In this document: one piece after another, positions 52,294 to 64,000 of the stretch
Layout of the letters: each line of letters opens with the position of its first letter
How positions within the stretch are numbered: the stretch's first letter is position 1
Program-made: the position numbers and the translations under genes
Assembly: GCA_028534125.1 (NCBI GenBank)
Contig: CM052816.1
Location: 23,004,001-23,068,000 of the forward strand
DNA from: Lama glama
Taxonomy: Eukaryota
DNA: 64,000 nucleotides
Reading direction: 5' to 3'
The notes under the pieces: model-generated
Database searches by the model: none
Told to the model about the DNA's origin: nothing
The model's input: the letters and a program-made list of their open reading frames with translations, nothing else

Positions 52294-52686
52294 GATTTAT
52301 TTTTGCCTCTGTTGCTTGTAATGCAGTTTGAAATCAGGAAGTGCACTGCCTCCAGCTTTGTTCCTCCTAAGGACTGCTTTGGCTATTTGGGGTCTTTGGT
52401 GGTTACAAACTGATTTTAGGGTTTTTTTTTTTTCCTAGTTCTGTAAAAAACGTCATTGGGATCTTGATAGAAATTGCACTGAATCTATAAATGGCCTTGG
52501 GTAGTACAGATATTTCAAAAATATTAATTCTTTCAAAACATGAACACAGATAACTTCATTTATTAGTTTCTTCTTCAATTTCTTTGCCAATGTCTTGATC
52601 CTAAGTATTTTATTGCTTTTGATGCTACTGTAAATAGGACTGTTTTCTTTATTTCTTTTTCAGATGATTCATTTTTAATGTACAGA
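52294..52686 (-). mobile_element. 5'-inverted segment of an L1 insertion (ORF2)
   Basis: TGAAATCAGGAAGTG...CCTCCAGCTTTGTTC...GGCTATTTGGGGTCTTT is antisense ORF2. Confidence 0.88.
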
Positions 52687-53885
52687 AATAAACAAGCAGA
52701 ACTACATCAAGCCAAAAAATGCTTAGAAAGCTTCTGTTTAGCAAAGGAAATCATCAACAAAATAAAAAGGCTACCTATAGGATGGGGGAAAATATTTGCA
52801 AACCATGTATCTGATAAGCAGTTAATATCCAAAATACATAAGGAACTCTACAATACAATTGTAAAAAACAAACACTCCGATTAAAAATATTGAACAAAGG
52901 GCTTGAATAGACATTTCTCCAAAAAAGATACTCAAATGGCCAACAGACACATGAAAAGGCGCTCAAAATCACTAATCATCTGAGAATGAAAACCCCAGTG
53001 AGGCAGCACCTCAGACCTGTCAGAATGGTTATTATAAAAGTGATGTGATAATAAGTGCTGGTGAGGATGTAGAACAAAAAGGAACTCTTGTGCACTGTTG
53101 GTGGGAATGTAAATTGGTAGAGCCACCCACTGCAGAAAATGTATGGAGGTTGCACAAAAAATTAAAGAAGAACTACCATGTGATTCAACAATTCCACATC
53201 TAGTTATCTAGGTATATACAGGAAGGAAGTGAAATCACTATCTTACAGAGAAACCTGCACACTCACGTTCATCATTATTTCTAAAAGTCAAGAAACGGAA
53301 ACAACCTAAGTGTCCACTGACAGATGAGTGGATAAAGAAAGCATACTATCTATAAAATGAAATACTGTTCATTCGTAGAAAGGAAGGAAATTCTCCCATT
53401 GGTGACAACATGAATAAACTTAGTGGCCATTATGCTGAGTGACATAAATCAGGCAGAGAAAGACAAATGCTGTATGATCTCACTTATAAGTGGAATGTAA
53501 AAAAACAAAACTCATAGAAAGAGAAACCAGATTGGTGGTTGCTGGAGGCTAAGGGTGGGGGGTGGGAGAAATGAGTAAAGGAGGTCAAAAGAAACAAAAT
53601 TCCAGTTATAAGATAAATGAATTCTGTGGATATAATATACAACATGGTGACCGTATACTGCATTTTTGAAAGTGGGTAAGAGGGTAGATCTTAAAAATTC
53701 TCATCACAAGAAAAAAAGTTTCTAACTATGTTAGGTGATGAATGTTATATAAAATTACTATGGTAATCACTTTGCAATATATGCATATATATTTGATATA
53801 CATCTATCAAATCATTATGTTGTATACCTTAAACTTAGACAATGTTATATGACAACTGTATCTCAATAAAAGCGGGAAAATATAC
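52687..53885 (+). mobile_element. L1 (L1MA9-like) ORF2 3' part and 3' UTR
   Basis: ORF2 remnant FCLAKEIINKIKRLPIGWGKIFANHVSDKQLISKIHKEL; 3' UTR ends CTCAATAAAAGCGGGAAAA. Confidence 0.92.
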
Positions 53886-54954
53886 AAAGAAGAGCGTCCA
53901 CAGCACAGCAAACTAAAGTCCATGTAATCAGTACCCACTTCAAAAGCAATCTTTGTGCATTTTAGACAGTTTTTAAATGGCGCACTGGTAAGCTGTAAAG
54001 GAAGGAGAGAAATGGAAGAACTGTATTAAGAAAATACTATCTAGAGAGTTTAATAATGCATGTGAATTTTAAATTTGGTAGTCTCAAGACACGAAGAGAA
54101 GATTTAGAATATACAGTTAACGGAGGGTATGGGAAGGCTCTGCTACTGTTTTTGCTGAGTCTATTCCCTAAGGAGTGCACGCTTCATTGGCACTGTTTAA
54201 TTAATTCTCCACAATGTCCTGGAGACAGTGCAAGGGAAGTGTGCATGAATTACTGCCAGGTTACACTAGAGCAGAGGACAACACGGAGATGCTAAATCCA
54301 TCTTCCTCCATTTTGTTAAGACAGCCAGCGCATCTGGAACCAAAGCTGTTCTTTTCACTGGCGAGGACTCAGCAAAGTGACTTGTAACATTTTCAGCATC
54401 AACAACTTTTTGACTCAGGACGATCATTTATGAACTACTTGCGAAGCAGTACCAGATGAGGAACCAAACTGGGGAAGGTGCTGCAGAATGACCCTAGGAA
54501 CGGGGAATTACCCTGGTCTGATCAACCACAGACCTTGTTCTTCATTTCAGGGTCACAGCTGTTAGCTGCACAGATATTAAGATGCCATTTTAATTTGAAA
54601 AGAAAGGAATGTAGCTTAAGTCTGTTGTTTTCAAAGTGACTGAAGATTGAGTCTAACAATCAGAATTCTCATGAACAGAACCGATTACCCCCTTCACACA
54701 GTAATTTTTACCCACTGCTACTGACCTTGGCTCATTTTCTGCTTCCTGTAACTTGAGGCACGTGTGTCCCATCACCCACTGCTATTCACTTCCTCACTGT
54801 TACTTACAGCCTGGGCTCACCTATGAGCCTCCTGTTGCTTTGCTTTAACTGGAGCCAATTTAGTTTTTCTCCCTCCTGTCTAGCAATACCTTGTATTATG
54901 ACCAGCAAACACCACGTGTACACATCATTATGACTGGATTGAAGACATCCACAT

Positions 54955-55783
54955 ACTGATAACTCCATCTTTTTTCTGTTCATACAAAAATCTTAAAGGC
55001 AGGCTGGATTCCTCACTCCGTTTTGCTGTCAATCCATGAGGAAATCCCACTGGCTCTATCTTCAAACCATATTCAGGAAGCTGCCCCTTCTCCACATCTC
55101 CTCCACTACCGTGGTCGGTCCAGGTCACCATCGTCTCTCACTTGGATTATTACCACAGCCTCCTACCTAATCTCTGCTTCTTCTTTTGTTGCGACACAAC
55201 GTTATTTTCAATATATGTTGAAATGGAAGTCAGACCCCTGTCACCTCTATTATCAAAGTACTTCTATGCATAGAAGTCCTACTTTCTAAGATGACTTACA
55301 TGACTTTACCCACTATGCCCCGATTACTTTTTGGCCTCATCTTCTCTGTCCACTCCTCTGCCCACACCGACCTCCCTCCTCTTCCTTTAATATGCCAAGC
55401 AAGTTCCTGTCTCAGGGCCTTTGCACTTGCTCTTCTCCTTGTCTGAGATGCTCACCCTCTACATATCCATCTGACTTGCTTCCTGACCTCCATCGAGTCT
55501 TTACTCAAATGTTACTTTCTTAGTGACAACTTTCCTCTTCAAAATTACAACACACTGTCCCCTCCAAGCCATCAGTACTCTTTGCTCTAACACCTTGCTT
55601 CACTTTTTTTCACCACAGCACTTAGTATCATTAGGTATGGTAAAATCTTTTTAATCGTTAAATATTTTTAAATTATCTCACTTTTATAGAATATGAGTTC
55701 TGTGAACCGTTCTGGCTGTTTTATTCATGGTTTTATCCACAGCCCTTAGGACTGTGCCTGGACCACAAATATCTGTGGAATGG
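54955..55783 (+). mobile_element. L2 3' region
   Basis: CACCATCGTCTCTCACTTGGATTATT, CTCAGGGCCTTTGCACTTGCT and AGGACTGTGCCTGG. Confidence 0.85.
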
Positions 55784-57168
55784 ATCCTTTCTTGGTTTTG
55801 AAAGGAAACCAATTAAATGTCAATGACAAGAATGGTGACAAATGCTCATAATAAAACATTGCTAAAATTCTCAGTGCTCAGATTTCTATTTGGGGAAATG
55901 AACCTTTTGTTAAAAAAATGTAAAGCTGTATCTCTTACAAATATGGAAGAGATGAATTCTGAATAATGTAGGAAGTTAATAGAGTCTCCCATAGGGCAAT
56001 CATTCAAGATTAAAAGTTAAAACTTACCTGAGTAGTCACCATAAAACAAAGTTGTTTCCATTTCATTTACATTCTTTGCAAACAACAACAGAACCCCCCT
56101 CACCTGCCCCACAAATCCTGACTTCCATATTATTCGAACATAAGAAAAAGTAGACCAGCCACAATTGATGTATGTTCTATTTCAAGTGGTAAACACCAAA
56201 GCAATTTGCAAATAAATATCTGGGAGACTTTACTGTACAGACACACTTGAGCAACAGCTAAAGACAAGATTTAGTCGAATTAGATCTGTTAGTCTCCTCA
56301 GCAACTTCTTCCCTAACAGATTCACCATTTTTGCAACTTCTTAAAATGCATTTTCCCAAAGCCAAAAACATATTTTACATTTAAGACAATCTTCCAAACA
56401 TGCAGGGAACTGCAAGCTGAACTTATTGAATTTGTTCTAAGATAGTTAATTGTATTTACTCACTTGATTTGTACTCATAGTAAGACCAGTAACTGATAAA
56501 TATTATCAAATTCAAAAGTTTTATTGGGGTAAAAAAAAAAAAGAAAATATAAAGAAAAGAATGTAGAAAACATAAACAAGTCTACCCTACATTTGGGCAG
56601 CCTAGACCAAGAACTCTGGGATCCTCAGACACCCAACTGTACTTCATCCACCTGCCAATGAGCTTCATTTCTCATATAGAAGGATTGGTATAAGGATTAC
56701 AGTTCAATAGGGTTTATAAATTAAGTGCTTAGTAGTGTGTCTGCCAAATCACTGGTGGTTATGATGATGAGTGAAAACGCATCAAAAGCATCTAAAACTT
56801 TCATCATTCAATAAAGTCCCATTTATCATAGGACAAAGTTTCATGAGAGAGAATCAGTAACTGGACATCTCCAGGTCAGGGAGACTCCAAAAGTATCTCT
56901 TCTTTCCAATAATGTCTCTCCTTTCTGTGTCTCAACTGGAAGGTGTGAGAAACTATTCTGGTGAGAGGGGGAGAAGGAAGAGTGAAGGCGCAAAGGAAGA
57001 AAAGACAGTTGTCAAACATGTGCTGGAGTTGCAGGGAAAAGAAAGACCTGAGCAAAATTCAGAATTATTACACTAGATTGAAAGCATTTCACTACTTACG
57101 TGAGACTGTTTCATGACTAAAAGTACAGGAAGGACTTTTATAATTATAAAAAGAAATACTAGAGGATT

Positions 57169-57497
57169 TGTTGCAGAGATGCCTCACCCAGATTCCCCTC
57201 GGGGTCTGCCTCAGCTTTCAAGCCAAGGGCACAATCTTCTCAGGGTGGTTCCGGCTCATGACTGAATAAGACTCAGATATAAGGGCCTGGCCACTTCCAC
57301 GCAACAGGAGACACTTCTAAAGTGCACCTGCTTAGAGCTCCCCCTGTTGGGCTGGCGGGGACTATCAGGCCTGCAGGGCTACTAACGGCTTCCCTGGCCC
57401 TGACAATCCTCCCCGTCCGCTTTTCCTTTCGCAGATGTTAACTCTGCAATAAACCCTTTGCACTAACTCCATCTCGGTGTCTGCTTCCTGGAGGATT
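57169..57497 (+). mobile_element. ERVL LTR16A-like solo LTR
   Basis: ATAAGGGCCTGGCCACTTC and AATAAACCCTTTGCACTAACTCCATCTCGGTGTCTGCTTCCTGG. Confidence 0.75.
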
Positions 57498-59431
57498 TGT
57501 TTGAGATCCACCTTGGGAAACTCCAACCAACTCTAGATGTGCGAGTTATCCCAGAGCACCCGCCTCTCTTTCACTCGTTTTCAACCTTGGTTTCTCAGGC
57601 ATGTTTTAGACAGAAGTCTCCTGTATCTCTGAACTTCAGGGGACTCATTTTATTCCTCAGAGTAGGTTCCTTAAATCTCCTCTTTCTTAACCTGAGGTGA
57701 AGGGGGAAGCATCCTTTTGAAGGGGGGGGGACCAGGATACACAGCAGAGTTCTCTTCAAAACATCTCCGTGAAGACTCTGTCACTGGGCTTGGGGTGGGA
57801 GACGGCATCCCACACCCTTCTCATCCTGGGAACAGGAGGTACTGAGTCACAGCAGGTTCTCTCTGAGGGAAGCCTAGACACGTATCTCAGCCAAGGCTTC
57901 CACTGTAACCCTCTATTATGCAGACGAGCACCACCTGACAAAATCATATTATTCTATTAGAAATACAATACATATAATCTACGTGCTGTGCTACTATCTT
58001 CCAAACAATAAATATTTCAGGAGGGGAATATTCTAATATGCAGGGGGAAATGATTTGCACATACGCTCATGAGAGACCGTAACTACAGGGAATAGGACAT
58101 ATGACAGAATACAACAGATACATTCCTAACTCATGCGTTTGTAATTACGTAGTTGAATTTATGGACAATATGTGGTAGAGGAATAGGAGTCAGTCATAAG
58201 TGAAATACAAGTCTGTCTTTACTTGGAATTTGCTAACTATTTCATTGAATGCCCACACTCTGATTTCTTCAGTGGCAAATTTATCAAGTTACATTTGAGT
58301 TGAAGATCATTTCTTCCTCCTAAAAGTTGCCAGCGTGCCGTGGTGAAATATCAAAATGTTTGGCTTGGGCATATTTCTGCCCAGACAAGTTTGTTTCAAT
58401 AGCAATCATTTATTTTTAAAACTGAAAACAGCAGGTTGTTACATATTTACCTAAATGTCACCTTGCATGCTTCATGAGGGAAAATACAGTATCTATCCAG
58501 TTCACTTTCGTGTTCCTAGCATCTTACACAATTCAGGTACTTTGCTGAATGAATAAATTAACTTTTTTCAAATCATGCATGGCATTAAAATATTTCATGA
58601 AACAACAAACATGCAATTCACATTTTATACAAGATATGTCCCCCCTGTAGACCTTAATCGATTCAGAACTTGTGCAATCCACATGAACCCTGATGACAAA
58701 TGACAGTTTTACTGGTTTACTAGCCAAAGCAATGTTGCCATAAGGAATATCTTAAGCCAAACACAGGAATAGCTTAACCATCCATCTCTGGAAATTTGCA
58801 ATTCTGTAACAGGTTAAAAAGTTAATTTGGGCTGTCCTTCTATTAAAAATTGTGTATAGACAGAAGAAAATATTCTATATTTATTATTTTAAATTTACAT
58901 AACTTAAATTTGCATAAAATCCAGTAAAGACTGAGAGAGTAGCAAACAAATAAGTATATCTTGGATGAATAAAAATAGAGTCTAATAACACCAGTCATTG
59001 AATAGACCTTCGGCCCCCTCATGTGTCAACAAAGGTGCAGAAATTAAGGACCCATCTGGACACACACAAGGAGCAGCAGAATCCAGGTCTTCTTACAGTG
59101 CATTCTCTGCCTTTTATCTTTAGTAAGTAATATTCTTTTTTTCAAAGAAAAATTAAGAACTAGGATTGCATTCCCCTAGAACGTGCCTGTACTTAAGCCA
59201 CATTCTAGACGTTAAAATTAAGAAAGTAGAAACTACTCCCTGTTCTGCTACTATGACATCATGCAATCAGGTAAAAACTTTCTTTCATTTCTTTGTGCAG
59301 CAAAATGTTATATAAGAAACTAATATGCAGATTGCAGATGAGTCCTAACTGCCATTCCTCAGATCATCTTCAAATCCTCAAAGGAAACTTCACAAGTCAC
59401 AGAGACTGGGCTCATGAACAGTCCAGGTTCT

Positions 59432-59531
59432 NNNNNNNNNNNNNNNNNNNNNNNNNNNNNNNNNNNNNNNNNNNNNNNNNNNNNNNNNNNNNNNNNNNNN
59501 NNNNNNNNNNNNNNNNNNNNNNNNNNNNNNN
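59432..59531. other. Assembly gap (100 N)
   Basis: Run of N. Confidence 0.99.
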
Positions 59532-59604
59532 AAAAGGAATTTAAACCATGCTGCACTCACTGCTAGAAGAAATTTTTAAAATGCCAATAAAAAACTCTTC
59601 TAAA

Positions 59605-59977
59605 AGCTATGGAGAGAGTAAAGAAATCAGTGGTTGCTAGGGGCTGGGGAGGGCTGGGAGGGATGAACAGGTGGAGCACAGAGGATTTTTAGGGCAGTGA
59701 ACACACTTTATATGAGACTATAACAGTGGATACATGTCATTGTACATTTGTCCAAACCCGCAGAAGGTACACCACCAAGAGTGAACCCTAACATGAACTA
59801 CGGATTCTGTCTGATTACAATGTGTCAGTGTAGGTTCATCAACTGTAACAAACATACCACTCATTACGAGGATGTGTGTATACTGCGGGCAGTGGTCTAC
59901 GGGAAATCTCTGCATCTTCCTCTCAATTTTGCTTAAGGATCTTAAACAGCTCTGAAAAAATAAAGTCTTAAAAAAAT
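59605..59977 (+). mobile_element. L1MC1-like 3' end
   Basis: AGCACAGAGGATTTTTAGGGCAGTGAA and CACCAAGAGTGAACCCTAA; exact flanking repeat ACTCTTCTAAA at 59594-59604 and 59978-59988. Confidence 0.9.
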
Positions 59978-60365
59978 ACTCTTCTAAACCTGCTCTGCTT
60001 AAAACTGGCTAAATGTGTCACATAACTGGAAAACTATGACATATAAAGTTTCCCTTTTCAATTCATTAGAATGAAATAGCAGCAATGATAATGATACCTT
60101 AAGAGAGAAAATTCAAATTATTGTTAAACTATCCAAAATAATAAAAAATACAGATCAACCTAGAGAATAAATGAGAAGTTCTCCAGGAAGAAAGTCGAAA
60201 AATAATGAGAAATAAAACTCAGAAAACTAATTTAGGAAATAATTGAAGTACAGGACAGATCAAACATTTGTGCCTAATAACTTTCATTTATAACATCCAA
60301 AGCAAAGAGGGCTAATTCGCTACTTCTTATGTTTCTCAGCTGTCCAACAAAGATAAAATGTGGCA

Positions 60366-60977
60366 TGTTGTTCAGGAGTCTTTGGACTGCAACCGTCCAT
60401 TCCTGAAGGAAAGACAGGAATGGGGTTGCTGGCTGGTGAGGGAGCCAACACTTTCTCCGTGTGCTCCTGAGACAGGAGGGAAGGGGGCAGGGAGCAACCA
60501 CTGAAGAAGGACACAGCAATTGAAGATTCGACTCCCAACTTCCCCACAGACCTTCAGCTTCATTACACGCTCACTGTAATACATCAGCGTGGTGAGTGAC
60601 ACACCCACAGGCACCGAGACAGTTCTGAGGCTGACCACGAAAGGTCAAGAAGTGGTTGCCCGATTTCTGGGAATCCCCACTCCCTTCCCCGGAGTAGTTG
60701 GAATAATCCTCCTGTCTATTACCATACGAAGTTACCAAATCCATAAAAACTAACGACCCCACACCTCATGGTCGCTCTCTCTTGCCTACGGAGACAGTCC
60801 ACATTCTGTCTATGGAGTGTGTATCTCTCTGAATAAATCTACCTTCACTCTACTACGGTTAGCTCTTGAATTCTTTCCTGTGCAAACCCAAGGACCCTGA
60901 CTTGACAAGGCATGTCCCAGGGAATCACCTGGGACCTGGGACATGGCCATCCCTTCGCATTTCACTTTCCTGTATCA
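60366..60977 (+). mobile_element. ERV1-class solo LTR (MER41/MER4-group-like)
   Basis: TATA-like CATAAAAAC, GAATAAA poly(A) signal, GCTCTTGAATTCTTTCCTG in U5, and a CA terminus; left boundary uncertain. Confidence 0.75.
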
Positions 60978-61284
60978 CACAGTGGCAACCACTGTGCAAA
61001 CTGCCTCTCTGATGGTAAGATGAGGCTATATTGCTGGAGCTCGGGCAGATCTGAAACAGTGTGATAAAACCTCATGCATTGGTGTAAAAAAAAAAAAGAA
61101 AAGAAAGAGAATGGAAAGCTATTGGGGAACAGCAGAATGTGTTCAAATACATTTATAATGTACTTCAGGTCAATTGCAAAATTAATATTACAAGCACTAA
61201 ATAGGATAAATATCTAAATCAAATACCTCATTTTATAGATAAATAAATGAAGACCCAGAGAATTTAAATCCCTTGCACGGCCAG

Positions 61285-61530
61285 CAGCATGGGTAGAATT
61301 AAGAGCATCAGGGCTCGGGTCAGACAGTCTACTTTCTAATGCCAGCTCAGTTGCTTATTCGATATACCCTAGGGAAGATACCTAATTTTTCTTTAAAGTT
61401 CCTCATTTGTTGAATGGTGATAGTATGGTTCTAAACACTCAAAGATGTGATGAGGATATAGTAAGATTACAAATCTGTGTAACAGTATTTATGCTACACA
61501 GTAAATACCTAATGAACTGCAGTGCGTATT
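61285..61530 (+). mobile_element. MIR SINE
   Basis: TTAAGAGCATCAGGGCTCGGGTCAGACAG...GTTCCTCATTTGT...ACACAGTAAATACCTAATGAA. Confidence 0.7.
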
Positions 61531-61749
61531 ACTGTCACACACAAACACTGTGAGTCAGGAGATGGGGGCAGAACAAAGCTCCTGGCTCCAGATCGAGGCA
61601 AAACAGAACTTCACTAACTCCTGGGGGCGGAGGCATTAATATAAATGCTAGAGGTGTAGAGGAAGCCATACTCCCTTTTCTTTTCAGTGGGCCACCAGCA
61701 CTGATTTCCGTATAAGCTGCCAGAAGGCATCCGGACACCAGGGTCTGCA

Positions 61750-62083
61750 GGTGGGAGGGAGACAGGATAGGTGAGGCAACAAAGACATAGGGACAGACCC
61801 AGACAGACAGAGTGAAGGACAGAAAGGGAAGAGACACCGGATGGGGTAGAGGCAGGAGAAAGAAGGCGAGAGGAGAGACAGAAACAGAGAGAGAGATACA
61901 AAGAGGCAGGAAGAAAGAGACAAGAGGAAAGAAAAAGGGAGTAGTTAGAGAGAGAGAGACAAAAGGCAAAGACAGAGAAGCAGATGCAGAAACAAGAGGC
62001 AGGGACAAAACCAGAAAGTAACAGAAAGAGAAGAGAGAAAGTGACAAGGATGGGTGGTGAGGGGAGAGAAAGGAGGAGAGATT
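61750..62083. repeat. GA/GAGACA-rich low-complexity tract (CU-rich on the minus strand)
   Basis: Read directly. Confidence 0.9.
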
Positions 62084-62274
62084 CTGACAGATTTTCCCCA
62101 GCACCCTCCCCAGATGAACCTGGAACTAGTACCAGCCGCGGGCATTTCAGTGACGTGAGCAATACGTTGTCATTTTCATTATAGCGATTTAGGTTGAATT
62201 TCACTTCTACCAAAATAATTATTAAACAGCTACTAGGTACCAGGCAAGATGTTGGATGCTTGAGCAAATAACTA

Positions 62275-62430
62275 TCATCACCATCATCATCATCTCAGAA
62301 TGACTGAAAACTGCTACGTACCTGGAATTTTGCTTCATGCCTTGTTTAATTTAACCCCCACAGTAACCCTATGATCACATTTATTTTACCGATAAAATAA
62401 ATGCTCAGAGAGCCTTATGAGCTCAGCCAG
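62275..62430 (-). mobile_element. MIR fragment
   Basis: TTTAACCCCCACAGTAACCCTATGA...ATTTTACCGAT...GCTCAGAGAG. Confidence 0.6.
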
Positions 62431-63714
62431 TACCGCACTCATTTTAATGACCAGCTAACAACCAGCGGACTTGTGGCTATTCTTCCCACTAACCGTCTGC
62501 ATTCTTCTTTCACAAAGCTGTCCAGGGTTCAGACTTCTCTAGATTATCAAATGAAAGACTAGATCCTTTATCTGCTATATGTTCATCAGACTTGTGTTAT
62601 AAAAATTAGTCAGTTCAATGCAAAGCAGAGTTTCTTAGTACCAGTGTAAAACTCCTTCCCCACTTCTCCAGAAACACCATGTGCAAGAGAGAATTCCAAA
62701 GGCTGGATTTATCACGGCGCCTCGGGGCACGTGTTCAGTCAGAGCTCCTCAAGGGGCTGCTGCAAGGGTAAGTCACACGGGGTAGTGACTGACTGCTCAG
62801 TGATGAAGGCCAGAAATGCAGGAAAAGAGAATGTTAAGCATTCCACTGATCACTATTTTAAATTAGATTTATACACACAAAGTCCTTGGGAAAAAACAGT
62901 GTGTTCTCACAAATCACCAAAAAAAGTGAACCAGGGAGCATTTTTAAAAACGTAATTACAGAATAAAATGTAATAAGCATTTTGGCTCTCTTACGTATGT
63001 TTTTTTTAACACAAATTTAAATAGACCAATTGGTCAAACTTTCAGAGGGAAGGCAAATTTTTCTTATGATTTGTTTATAATAACTTAATTTTAAAAACAC
63101 AACCTATTATAAAATGCAAAAAAAGTTACATACAATTTTAAGGGCAGTAAAATCCCATCTTCTGAGAATTGTTTCTGGACTACGGTTGTTAAACATGATT
63201 TTCCTGTAAGAATGCAAATGGGCAAACAAGGCTCAGAAATTACAAGGCATAAATCCATTTATATCAACACTGCTAAAATACATCACTTCTATTTATAGAT
63301 CCCACCTGATAAGTCCATAATAACTTTTTTTTTTTTTTGCTGATGTGAGGCAATGACTTCTATTGAAGGAAATCCTGCTAATCAGTGTTTCCAGCAGGCA
63401 ATTTATTTAAAAAATGATTATTCTTTTTACTATAGTATTGAATCATAGTGAGAGCAACTGATATTTTCATCACTGCATTACTCATATTCTAATACTTTTT
63501 TAATAAAATGTGATGTTTTTCAAAATGGTAATTAAGAGATACAATGGATAAACATTACTTCCTACTTACAGATGCAGTAGGAAAGTGCTAGGGAAGCCAC
63601 AGTGATGCAGAAATTTCATGGACAGGAAGGCTAGACTGCAGAGATCAGAGACACCAGGAAAAAGAGATGAATAATAGCCTTCCTTGGTCTGAGACAACAT
63701 GGCTCAGCAAGAGG

Positions 63715-64000
63715 ATCTCCTTCACAGCCATCCACTTCTTCCTCACTACCCTGGTCCGTGGAGGCACCACCATCTCTCACCTCAACGCCTGCACGGTGCG
63801 GTGCTACCAATGACAGTGAGACTGATCTCTCCTTGCTTCCTTCTCGGCCCCTTCGTTCATTCTCAACATGGTGGCCAAAAGGATCTTAAACCAGAAGGTA
63901 TCACTTTTCTTCCTTAAATAATTCCTCAGCTCCTTTTGTTCAAAGACAAACCTTTTGGTGACCCAGTAAGGGCCTATGTGATCTGGCTCATGTTGGCTCC
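63715..64000 (+). mobile_element. L2 fragment running off the window end
   Basis: CACTACCCTGGTCC...CACCATCTCTCACCT...TAAGGGCCTATGTGATCTGGCTC. Confidence 0.7.

Noticed and set aside
57162..57501. 11-nt direct repeat GAGGATTTGTT at both ends of the LTR16A-like element
   Set aside because: Overlaps LTR sequence and is longer than the usual ~5-bp ERVL TSD; likely coincidental
61535..62267. 189-aa and 217-aa hydrophobic minus-strand ORFs as membrane proteins
   Set aside because: Mostly the CT-rich low-complexity tract, which lacks stop codons by composition

Overview
Mammalian (eutherian) non-coding genomic DNA, AT-rich and CpG-poor, with three assembly gaps (500, 500 and 100 N). Two tRNA-derived SINEs of the camelid Vic-1 type, plus cetartiodactyl-style L1 3' ends, point to a camelid (alpaca/vicuna/camel). 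Much of the window is decayed transposable elements: L1 of several ages, L2, MIR, MaLR (MLT1), ERVL (MLT2, LTR16), an ERV1 solo LTR and a MER2 DNA transposon, plus microsatellites. I recognise no protein-coding gene, RNA gene or prokaryote-type system. The listed ORFs are explained by N gaps, low complexity, repeat remnants or chance. Repeat orientation suggests an intron of a minus-strand gene (inference). The best observations are: a perfect 26-bp palindrome creating a CRE inside a MIR; an L1 with an apparent 3' transduction; a twin-primed 5'-inverted L1; a 337-nt AG-free pyrimidine tract leading to a 126-nt candidate minus-strand exon; and a short segment with strong codon-like periodicity. 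I found no well-supported novel biological system. Repeat family names are from memory of consensus sequences, not from a database search, and boundaries are approximate unless target-site duplications (TSDs) are given.
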